Shown one piece after another: positions 1 through 8,179 of a stretch of 64,000 nucleotides of DNA. Under the pieces are notes generated by a model. That model searched no databases, had not been told where the DNA came from, and saw only the letters and a program-made list of their open reading frames with translations. Source of the stretch: Rubripirellula sp. (lineage in GTDB: Bacteria; Planctomycetota; Planctomycetia; Pirellulales; Pirellulaceae); assembly GCA_965216875.1 (NCBI GenBank), contig OZ244207.1, positions 3,392,001 to 3,456,000 of the forward strand, in the 5' to 3' direction. Position 1 is the first letter of the stretch. Every line of letters begins with the position of its first letter. A program made the position numbers and the translations under genes.

Positions 1-1441
1 GACGGCGATTGAGCAAACGTCCTGTCGGATGAGCAATGCAAGTGACATGCGGGTTTTCAATCGCACCCAAAATACGTTCGGTGATTTGTTCACGTGGTTG
101 CTTCTGTCCGTAGTGCACGCTGGCCAAAACCCAATCTGCTTCGGCAAGCACATCATCGGGCAAGTCCATCCCACCTTTCTCGAGGATGTCGCATTCGATC
201 CCTTTCAAGATCTCGAGTCGTCCTTCGTACTCAGGCCGAATCTCATCGATCATCGCCCACTGCTCGCGGAGACGATCGGGGTCAAGGCCCATCGCCATCG
301 TCACACGTTGGCTGTGGTCGGTAATCGCGATGTAGTCCATTCCTCGTTCGATCGCCGCATCGGCCATTTCACGAATGGTCGCGGTACCATCGGTAGCACT
401 CGTATGCATATGCAAGTCGCCACGCACATCTGCGAGCTCGACCAGTTCGGGCAACTCACCACGGTCGGCCAAATCGAATTCGGCCCGATCTTCACGAAGT
501 TCGGGATCAATCCAAGGCAAACCGATCGCTTCGTAGACCTCTTCCTCCGTTGCACCCGCAATCTGCTCGTCGTTGTCGACGCGAAACACACCGTACTCGT
601 TGATTTTCAGCCCGAGGTTCTTGGCGATCCGTCGCGTGTGAATGTTGTGAGCCTGAGAACCGGTGAAGTACTGGAGCGCGGCACCGAATTGATTGGCTTC
701 CACCAGTCGCATGTCGACCTGAAAGGCTTTGCCAACGCGAATGGAAATCTTGGTGTCGCCTCGGCCAATCGTATGGGTTCGTTCCGGATAGGCTTCAAGA
801 TGATTCATCGCCGCGACGCGGTCACTTGCAACGACGAGCAAGTCGAGGTCACCGACGGTTTCGCGTCCGCGTCGATAACTACCCGCCCATTGCATTTGCT
901 CGATGCCGTCACAGGCTTGCATGTGCTGGCCAATCGCACTGGCCAACTCGTCACCCTTGGACCAATAGATACGCTCTGCTGCCGCTTCCGCGATGGATAA
1001 CCCCTCAAGGATGGCTTGTTCTGTTTTGGCACCGAAGCCTTTCAAGACGCCCACTCGCTTTTCTTCACAAGCTTTGCGGAGGTCGGCCAGCGACTCGATC
1101 TCAAGCTCCGCCTGCAACTTCGCCGCCTTCTTGGCGCCGAGCCCGGGAATCCGAGCCATTTGGATCACCACTTCGGGCACTTCGCTGCGGAGTTTGGCAA
1201 GTTGTGGCAGCGCCCCTTCGGCAACGAGCGTCTTTGTCTTGTCGACAAGCGTCTTGCCAATCCCTGGCACGCTGTCGAGTTTTCGTGAACTGTCGGCAAG
1301 GATTTCGGCGACCGGTTCATCGAGCTCTCGAATCGCTTTGGCACCATTTCGATACGCGCGAATGCGAAAAGGGTTCTCCCCCTTAAACTCAAGCAGATCG
1401 GCCATCTCTTCGAAGACAGCCGCAATCGATGCGTTATCCAT
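1..1441 (-). CDS. polX: DNA polymerase X family / PHP 3'-5' exonuclease PolX (partial, runs off left edge)
   Basis: Not in the ORF track; translated by hand from ATG at 1441: MDNASIAAVFEEMADLLEFKGENPFRIRAYRN..., AGSYRRGRETVGDLD (catalytic DxD), QVDMR, and PHP motif GDLHMHTSATDG...IAITDHS, all in one frame. Confidence 0.92.
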   Translation of the reverse strand, partial: MDNASIAAVFEEMADLLEFKGENPFRIRAYRNGAKAIRELDEPVAEILADSSRKLDSVPGIGKTLVDKTKTLVAEGALPQLAKLRSEVPEVVIQMARIPGLGAKKAAKLQAELEIESLADLRKACEEKRVGVLKGFGAKTEQAILEGLSIAEAAAERIYWSKGDELASAIGQHMQACDGIEQMQWAGSYRRGRETVGDLDLLVVASDRVAAMNHLEAYPERTHTIGRGDTKISIRVGKAFQVDMRLVEANQFGAALQYFTGSQAHNIHTRRIAKNLGLKINEYGVFRVDNDEQIAGATEEEVYEAIGLPWIDPELREDRAEFDLADRGELPELVELADVRGDLHMHTSATDGTATIREMADAAIERGMDYIAITDHSQRVTMAMGLDPDRLREQWAMIDEIRPEYEGRLEILKGIECDILEKGGMDLPDDVLAEADWVLASVHYGQKQPREQITERILGAIENPHVTCIAHPTGRLLNRR

Positions 1442-1529
1442 AGTTCGCTTGTTGGTCGAAGGGAAAAGGCCCAAACAGAGCAGGGCGATCGTCACACTCT
1501 CGCCGGCGATCAACCGGCAATGCATTCGA

Positions 1530-2432
1530 TCAGCCGGCAATCCGCTGATACGCCTCTTTGTATTTTGCCGCCGTTTGTTCGATGATCTCGTCGGGCAAGA
1601 CCGGGGGCGGCGATGCTTTGTCCCAGCCACATTGCGACAACCATTCTCGAACGAACTGTTTGTCGAACGATGGTTGAGCATGCCCGGGCTGATAGCTGTC
1701 GGCTGCCCAGAAGCGCGAGCTATCAGGCGTAAGGACTTCGTCGATCAACACCAGCTCGTCACCAACGTGCCCGAACTCGAACTTGGTGTCGGCGATGATG
1801 ATGCCGCGTGACAACGCAAGCTCCGATGCAGCCTTGTAGATCCTTAGGCTCTCTTCTTTTAGCCGCAGCGAAAGTGTTTCGCCGACGTCAGCGATCATAC
1901 GATCGATGGACACGTTCTCGTCGTGCCCTTCTTCGGCTTTGGTTGCTGGGGTGAAGATCGATTCAGGCAATTTGCCACACTGCTCAATCCCTGCTGGCAG
2001 CGGGTTGCCACAGACCGCACCGGTCGCCTGATATTCGCGCAAACCGCTCCCTTCCAGATAGCCGCGCACAACACATTCAAAGGGGACAACGGACGCTTTC
2101 TCCGTGACCATGATGCGGCCTTCCAAAGGACCGGTATCGAATTTCGCCGACAGCTCCTCGGGAACGTCGGTCGAAATCAGGTGGTGTCGCACGTCGAGCT
2201 GATCAAACCAAAACCGGCTCATCGCCGTTAGCAGGCTCCCTTTCTCAGGAATCCCGCTGGGCAAGATGTAATCGAACGCGCTGATCCGATCCGAACTAAC
2301 AATCAGCAGATGATTGCCCAGGTCATACACATCTCGCACTTTCCCACTCCTTCGAGGAAGGGGCAAATGTGTTTCAAGCAGGGCACCTGCGTCGTCAAAA
2401 CGGTACAGCGGTTGGGTTGATGATGTATCCAT
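1530..2432 (-). CDS. purC: Phosphoribosylaminoimidazole-succinocarboxamide (SAICAR) synthase
   Basis: GKVRDVY, SDRISAFD, ECVVRGYL, ADTKFEFG, DEVLTPDSSRFW, DKQFVR motifs. Start moved to the ATG at 2432. Confidence 0.96.
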   Translation of the reverse strand: MDTSSTQPLYRFDDAGALLETHLPLPRRSGKVRDVYDLGNHLLIVSSDRISAFDYILPSGIPEKGSLLTAMSRFWFDQLDVRHHLISTDVPEELSAKFDTGPLEGRIMVTEKASVVPFECVVRGYLEGSGLREYQATGAVCGNPLPAGIEQCGKLPESIFTPATKAEEGHDENVSIDRMIADVGETLSLRLKEESLRIYKAASELALSRGIIIADTKFEFGHVGDELVLIDEVLTPDSSRFWAADSYQPGHAQPSFDKQFVREWLSQCGWDKASPPPVLPDEIIEQTAAKYKEAYQRIAG

Positions 2433-2450
2433 GCCGGTAATGTCGCAAAG

Positions 2451-2548
2451 CCCAGCCCGATACGAAAGGGCCAAGCCCAATACGAAAGGGCCAAGCCCGA
2501 TACGAAAGGGCCCGCCCGCGATGCAAGCCCCCGCCCGCGACGAAAGGG
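2451..2548. repeat. Tandem 20-bp repeat (CCAAGCCCGATACGAAAGGG) x3 plus two degenerate units
   Basis: Units at 2451-2470, 2471-2490 and 2491-2510, with degenerate copies to about 2548. Confidence 0.85.
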
Positions 2549-2728
2549 TTGGTGTGTCGGCTCGCAGATCAGGCCGAAAGTAGGTAAGATGCCTCCTTGC
2601 GCCGGTCCGAAGGCCCCTTATCTTGGTTCTTCGGGATCCTGTCGTGGATCAGTGATCCCGTTGGGATCATGCCTGTCGCGTGTTCAGTTCATTGGCTCAT
2701 CAAACTTCGCTAGACGCGGCGCGTGGTT

Positions 2729-4219
2729 ATGGGGCAGTTTCATTTCGATGTCCCAGGCAAGGCGAGCGAATTTGTCGCTGATTCGCTTTGGAAAGATGCG
2801 TACATCTGTGGCATCGAGGGAGTTCCTTGGCAATCGCAGAGCCAATTTGACGGCCAGCGTCTGTCAATTTCGCGCGCCATCGACTCGTCGGGCAAACTCT
2901 ACATCACCTGCCCCGTCGAGGGTCTCGGCTTCCGCACTCTGAGCACCTGCAGCCTCCGTCCGCTCGATGAAGCTCACTTGCTGCCACTGGAACTTGCTCG
3001 TGGAAGTTGCTTTCGGGCGCGGATTCAATCCGATTCATGGCAGCGCGCTGGGCTGACGCTTAGCGACGACTTCAAACGACTCGTCGGCGAGGGAACCGAA
3101 AAGTTTCTTGACGCGGCACAGCGGCGAGCCGACCAGGAGTCTTCGACCGAATCGTCGCTTGAAGCGATCCGATTACTCGAAATGGCAATCGCCGAACTTG
3201 GCGAATCGTATGCCGTTCAATCGATTGCGTTTCGCAAGCAGCGCGAACCTCAAATTGGGACACTCCTGGCATCAAGTTTGGTGCCTCCGTCACCCGCTAC
3301 CAAGAGCGAAGCGTTTTGCTCGGCCTTCAACTCAGCCGCGGTGCGACTGAGCTGGGCCGACATCGAAACGGATTCAGGACGCTACGACTACGACGATGCC
3401 GAGGCTTCGATTCGCTTTTGCCAAAGCAACGGCCTTCGCGTGATCGGTGGTCCTCTGCTCGATTTTCGCGAGAAGCTAATGCCACATTGGCTCTACCTTC
3501 TCGAAGATGACTTTGACGCGTTGCTTTCGTCAGTCGTGCAATTCGTCGAAAAGACGGTTACCAAGTTCCGTGGCTCGGTCCAACTCTGGAACTGCGCTGC
3601 AGGGCTCAATACCCCGGGGCCACTTCAACTTGACGACGAACAAGTGATGCGGCTTGCGGTGGGCGTCCTTCAAACGGTCCGTCGAACCGACCCCAACACG
3701 CCTGCGGTGATTTCGTTCGACCAACCGTTCGGCGAATACCTGTCCAAATTCCGAGACGGGATATCACCACTCCATTTTGCCGACGCCCTCGCGCGAAGTG
3801 GACTCGGTATGGCCGGCTTGGGCCTGGACATTCGCGTCAACTACTTGCCTGACGGAACCCTGCCACGATCGGCAATCGACTTTGGCAACATGATTGATCG
3901 CTGGGCCACCTTGGGCATGCCATTGCTTGTCCAGCTTTCCGTTCCCGGTGGCGAGGGAACGGATGAAAAAGCGATGGCACCGTCGGAGACGCTTTCGCGA
4001 CCGCCTCAGAATTCGAATTTGGGCGCCGAACAGCTTCGCATTGCCGGCCCGATGATTCGCACCTTGTTGGCCAAGCACATTGTCCACGGGATCGTCTGGG
4101 ACGGCTGGTCCGACAGCGAACCGCACGTACTAAGCCACTCGGGACTTTTGGATGCTGGCGGAGTCCCGCGGCCCCTCTTCGATTACCTGACACGGGTACG
4201 TCGCGAATTCCTTGTTTGA
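2729..4219 (+). CDS. GH10-like TIM-barrel protein, probably catalytically inactive
   Basis: FNSAAVRLSWADIETDSGRYDYD, GLRVIGGPLL, MPHWL and FRGSVQLW resemble GH10 barrel strands. The catalytic Glu positions are not seen. Confidence 0.65.
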   Translation: MGQFHFDVPGKASEFVADSLWKDAYICGIEGVPWQSQSQFDGQRLSISRAIDSSGKLYITCPVEGLGFRTLSTCSLRPLDEAHLLPLELARGSCFRARIQSDSWQRAGLTLSDDFKRLVGEGTEKFLDAAQRRADQESSTESSLEAIRLLEMAIAELGESYAVQSIAFRKQREPQIGTLLASSLVPPSPATKSEAFCSAFNSAAVRLSWADIETDSGRYDYDDAEASIRFCQSNGLRVIGGPLLDFREKLMPHWLYLLEDDFDALLSSVVQFVEKTVTKFRGSVQLWNCAAGLNTPGPLQLDDEQVMRLAVGVLQTVRRTDPNTPAVISFDQPFGEYLSKFRDGISPLHFADALARSGLGMAGLGLDIRVNYLPDGTLPRSAIDFGNMIDRWATLGMPLLVQLSVPGGEGTDEKAMAPSETLSRPPQNSNLGAEQLRIAGPMIRTLLAKHIVHGIVWDGWSDSEPHVLSHSGLLDAGGVPRPLFDYLTRVRREFLV

Positions 4220-4299
4220 TTAAAAAGGGCAGGGCACGCGCGAATTCCTGTGCGTATGATTGAGCCAGCCATTTCGTTTTGGAACCACGGGAGCCCACC

Positions 4300-5205
4300 A
4301 TGATTCGCAAACAGAGTCTCTTCCTCTGCCTACTCGCCTTGACTTCGATCTCACTGACCGCCGCGGCCCAAGACACGATTGAGCCGACCGGCAACGTCGA
4401 AACGGTCGGCTTCGCATTTACCGAAGGCCCCGCCTGGGACCCACGTGGTGCGTTGTACTTCACCGACATTCCACGCACCACCATTCATAAGCTCAGCAAA
4501 GATCAACAACTCTCTGCGTTCACGACCGATTCCAAACACGCCAACGGATTGTTGGTCACAACGGATGGTCGTCTGTTGGCCTGCCAAATGGATGGTCAAG
4601 TTGTTTCGTACGACATCGAAACGGGCAAGGCAACGGTGTTGGCGAGCGAGTATGACGGAACTCGATTCAACGCGCCCAATGATTTGGTGATCGACAAGTC
4701 GGGCGGAATCTACTTCACCGACCCTCTCTTCCGTGCACCCGAACCGTTGCCACAAAAAGTGCAAGCGGTTTACTACATCGCTCCGGGTGGCAAAGTCACC
4801 CGTGTCACCGGCGACATCGCTGCACCCAATGGGATCGGCTTGTCACCAGACGGAAAAAGCTTGTACGTCATCCCAAGCCATCAAGCCGAGATGCTTGTTT
4901 ACGACGTCGACGGCCCCGGCAAATTGTCCAACGGCCGCACCCTTTGTCGTCTGAAGCAACCCGAAGGCAAAGACAACACCGGCGGCGACGGGATGGTGCT
5001 TGATGTGAAAGGCAACCTTTACATCACCACCAACTTGGGCGTCGAAATCTTTTCGCCCGCCGGAAAACACCTCGGCTTGATCTCCTTTCCGCAACAGCCC
5101 GCGAACGTCACTTTCACTGACGAGGACCGCAAGACCTTAGTGGTCACCGCGCGCAGCAGCCTTTATCGAGTCCGCATGCCAATCCCTGGCCTGCCCCCAA
5201 ACTGA
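4300..5205 (+). CDS. SMP-30/gluconolactonase/LRE family exported protein
   Basis: Signal peptide; FTEGPAW, FNAPNDL, PNGIGLSPDG, GDGMVLD motifs. Confidence 0.92.
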   Translation: MIRKQSLFLCLLALTSISLTAAAQDTIEPTGNVETVGFAFTEGPAWDPRGALYFTDIPRTTIHKLSKDQQLSAFTTDSKHANGLLVTTDGRLLACQMDGQVVSYDIETGKATVLASEYDGTRFNAPNDLVIDKSGGIYFTDPLFRAPEPLPQKVQAVYYIAPGGKVTRVTGDIAAPNGIGLSPDGKSLYVIPSHQAEMLVYDVDGPGKLSNGRTLCRLKQPEGKDNTGGDGMVLDVKGNLYITTNLGVEIFSPAGKHLGLISFPQQPANVTFTDEDRKTLVVTARSSLYRVRMPIPGLPPN

Positions 5206-5592
5206 CTCGTCAACAGCGCCGAACCGACCCAGCCGCGGACGCATCTCCGCGGCAGGGACGCCATTCTCACAACACGCGGTTCGTCAGGTTTGAGGCGGAA
5301 CACTCATCTCCGCTCATCGAACACTGATCAAAGAGTGGGAGGATGAGTGGCGACTAGAGAAGATTGGTGGCTCTCTCTGTTTTCAGTCGGGTCTGTGCGC
5401 CGTTTTTCAGAAGTGGGTTGATCTTCGCAGCTGCAATTGGGATCACACGGGTCTCCCCGTTGGGCTGACGGGCAAATTGCTATTCCCTCAGCTCGGCCAA
5501 TCGATTAATTATCGCTTTTTCCCGTAGTCTACCCAGGTCGTTGTGCGCTCCTACGTGCGCGTCGCGACCTCCAATGCAGCAAGGAAGTTGTT

Positions 5593-6297
5593 TTGGAAAC
5601 GCTCTCCCTCCGAAGTTTTCTGACCTCCTATCCGTTTCGCCTCGGGCTCTACGGCCTGCTCGTCGTCGGGGCCTACCAGCTGATTTACCTGGGCACAGTG
5701 GCGTGGGGACCAGCTCGAATGGGAGCTGAAAACGGCCCTATCGAGTCAGCGCAAGCCGTATTGGCCGTCATCGCCTCCATCATGCTGTTCATCGCAGCGG
5801 CAAAAACGAAAATTGGCCGAGCCGGCTTGATTTGCTGCGGTGCCGTGGTCGGTTACGCAGCCGCTCGAGAATGCGACGTGTTGTTCGAGACCCTCTTTTT
5901 CGATGACGCGTACAAATACCTGGTTGGCCTGCCACTCGCTGTGATCGCTGCGATCGCGATCGCCGTCAATCGCAAGACCTTCCTTCCTGAAACCATGTGG
6001 CTCGCTCGCCAACCGGCTGCGACTCTATTCATCGTTGCGGGCATTTTCCTAATCGGTGTTTGCCAAACGCTCGACCGTCCTGCAATGTGGCAAGAGGTCA
6101 GCGATCCAATGCAGGCCGCCGTCGTCAAAGGCATGATCGAAGAGTATGCGGAACTCTTCGCCTACATCGTCTTGGCTCTGTCATCAATCGAAGCGGTCAT
6201 CTTGGCCACCAGTGCGAAAACCGAACCGGTGGCTCTGCGACCGTTCGACGGACGCGAAGCCGACGACCAGCCAGACAACCGCTCGCTAGCTGCCTAA
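5593..6297 (+). CDS. Hypothetical multi-pass membrane protein
   Basis: About 6 hydrophobic segments; ENGPIE and IEEYAEL motifs; TTG start uncertain. Confidence 0.7.
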   Translation: METLSLRSFLTSYPFRLGLYGLLVVGAYQLIYLGTVAWGPARMGAENGPIESAQAVLAVIASIMLFIAAAKTKIGRAGLICCGAVVGYAAARECDVLFETLFFDDAYKYLVGLPLAVIAAIAIAVNRKTFLPETMWLARQPAATLFIVAGIFLIGVCQTLDRPAMWQEVSDPMQAAVVKGMIEEYAELFAYIVLALSSIEAVILATSAKTEPVALRPFDGREADDQPDNRSLAA

Positions 6298-6336
6298 CAC
6301 AACGTCACATGGCTGCGCGGCCACTCCACATAGCAC

Positions 6337-6364
6337 GTGAGCCGAACGCGCTAGCGTCGGGCCT
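6337..6364. repeat. REP-like palindrome, family A (GTGAGCCGAACGCGCTAGCGTCGGGCCT)
   Basis: Identical or near-identical copies at 12358-12384 and 12500-12527; variant at 35655-35685. Confidence 0.85.
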
Positions 6365-6559
6365 CCATCCGCAACCTGGCCGCGTTCGCCTGAGCGTCGT
6401 GACCTTGATTGATTCGAGCTATCTTCTCGCAAAGTTGGCGACGACCAGGTCGAATGCCTCTCAAGAGTGCGTCCCCACTTCCACCACAATTCACGGCGGG
6501 AACTCTTGCTGGCGGGTAGACTGACTGCGTTCGCTCATTGACCGCACAGGTGTCTTCCC

Positions 6560-7990
6560 ATGTTTCGTCAAACCAAGACCGTGGTGTGCCGAGTTCTTTT
6601 ACTGGTTTGCTGTGCAGCACTTTCGGCCGCAGCGGATGACCGGCCGCCAAATGTGTTGTTCCTCGCCGTCGATGATCTGAACGATTTCGTTGGCTGCTTG
6701 GGTGGGCACCCTCAAGCGAAAACTCCGAACATCGATCGTCTTGCCTCGACCGGTGTGCTTTTCGAACAGGCCTATTGCGCCGCACCTCTTTGCCATCCAT
6801 CGCGTACCGCCATCCTGACGGGCCTACGCCCATCGACCACCGGCATCTACGGCAACCTCAATTGGTTCCGTGACATGCCACAGCTAAGTCAGTGGGTCAC
6901 GTTGCCTCAGTATTTTCGCAAACATGGTTATGAAGCTGTCACGGGCGGCAAGATCTTTCATCAAGCGCACGGCAAATGGTCGGACCCCGCCTCTTGGGAC
7001 CAGCAATACACAACCAAATCGGGAACGCAGTGGCCCAAACCGTCGAAGCGTTACCAACATGGGATGCATGATGAATTTGAGAACAAGATCCTTGCTCGCT
7101 TGATTGATTGGGCGCCACTGGATGTCGCCAAAGAAGACACCGCCGACTGGAAGACAGCCGAAGGTGCCGCCGCATACTTGAAGCAGGATCATGACAAGCC
7201 ATTTTTCTTGGCGTGCGGTATCTATCGACCGCATCTCAGTTGGTACGCGCCAAGCGAGTTCTTTGACATGCACCCACTCGACAAGGTTACCTTGCCTCCG
7301 CATCTCGAAGCTGACCTGGAAGATGTTCCCAAGCGCGGACGCATCATGGCGGGCGACGAGTTTCAAACCATCAAGTCGCACGGGCACTGGAAGAGCGCTG
7401 TCCAAGGCTATTTGGCAAGCACTTCGTTCGCGGATGCCTGTGTTGGTGTCGTCCTCGACGCGTTAGCCTCGAGCCAGTATCGCGACAACACAATCGTCGT
7501 TCTGTGGAGCGACCACGGGTATCACCTTGGCCAAAAGAACCACATCGCAAAATCAGCTTTGTGGCAACCAGCGACTCGGTCGCCCTTGATCATTCGAGTT
7601 CCCGGCCTGAAAGAGAACCAACGCTGCTCACATCCGGTCAGCATGATTGATTTGTATCCAACACTTGTCGACTTGTGTGGCCTTCCTCTGCGAGAGGGTC
7701 TTGATGGTCGAAGTATCGCGCCGATTGTGCGTGATCCCAAGGCCGACTGGCCGTACCCGGCTTTGATCACTCATTCGCCACATTGGCACGGTACCAACCA
7801 CGCCGTGCGATCAAAACGCTATCACTACATCCGATACAGCGATGGGGGTGAAGAGCTGTATGACATGCAGAACGATCCCAATCAGTGGCGAAACCTCGCA
7901 AGGCTCCCCGAATTCGTGACCACCAAAAAAGAGCTCGCTCGCTGGTTGCCCAAATCGAACGCCCCCCATTTTCGCGGCGAAAACAAATAG
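6560..7990 (+). CDS. Formylglycine-dependent sulfatase (iduronate/choline-sulfatase-like)
   Basis: Signal peptide; PNVLFLAVDDL, CHPSRTAILTG (CxPxR), GKIFH, SDHGYHLG. Confidence 0.94.
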   Translation: MFRQTKTVVCRVLLLVCCAALSAAADDRPPNVLFLAVDDLNDFVGCLGGHPQAKTPNIDRLASTGVLFEQAYCAAPLCHPSRTAILTGLRPSTTGIYGNLNWFRDMPQLSQWVTLPQYFRKHGYEAVTGGKIFHQAHGKWSDPASWDQQYTTKSGTQWPKPSKRYQHGMHDEFENKILARLIDWAPLDVAKEDTADWKTAEGAAAYLKQDHDKPFFLACGIYRPHLSWYAPSEFFDMHPLDKVTLPPHLEADLEDVPKRGRIMAGDEFQTIKSHGHWKSAVQGYLASTSFADACVGVVLDALASSQYRDNTIVVLWSDHGYHLGQKNHIAKSALWQPATRSPLIIRVPGLKENQRCSHPVSMIDLYPTLVDLCGLPLREGLDGRSIAPIVRDPKADWPYPALITHSPHWHGTNHAVRSKRYHYIRYSDGGEELYDMQNDPNQWRNLARLPEFVTTKKELARWLPKSNAPHFRGENK

Positions 7991-8179
7991 TTCGCGAGCG
8001 ATCGCGATGGAGAATCGTCCACCTTGCCCGGGGCGAGTTGCGGTTCCGCTCTCGCGATTCTTGACTAAAATGGTGCTATCCCACCCCGCAATCCTTCCCT
8101 CCCACCTGGTTTGCGGAATCATCAGCCATCGAGGCTGATTCTCAACCTTCGCACCATGCGATAAAGGAGCACGATCGCC

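Noticed and set aside
29..1811. Plus-strand ORFs 29..1000 and 993..1811
   Set aside because: Antisense shadows of polX and purC, which carry the recognisable motifs.
2451..2548. Possible mini-CRISPR
   Set aside because: Units are contiguous with no unique spacers, and there are no cas genes in the window.
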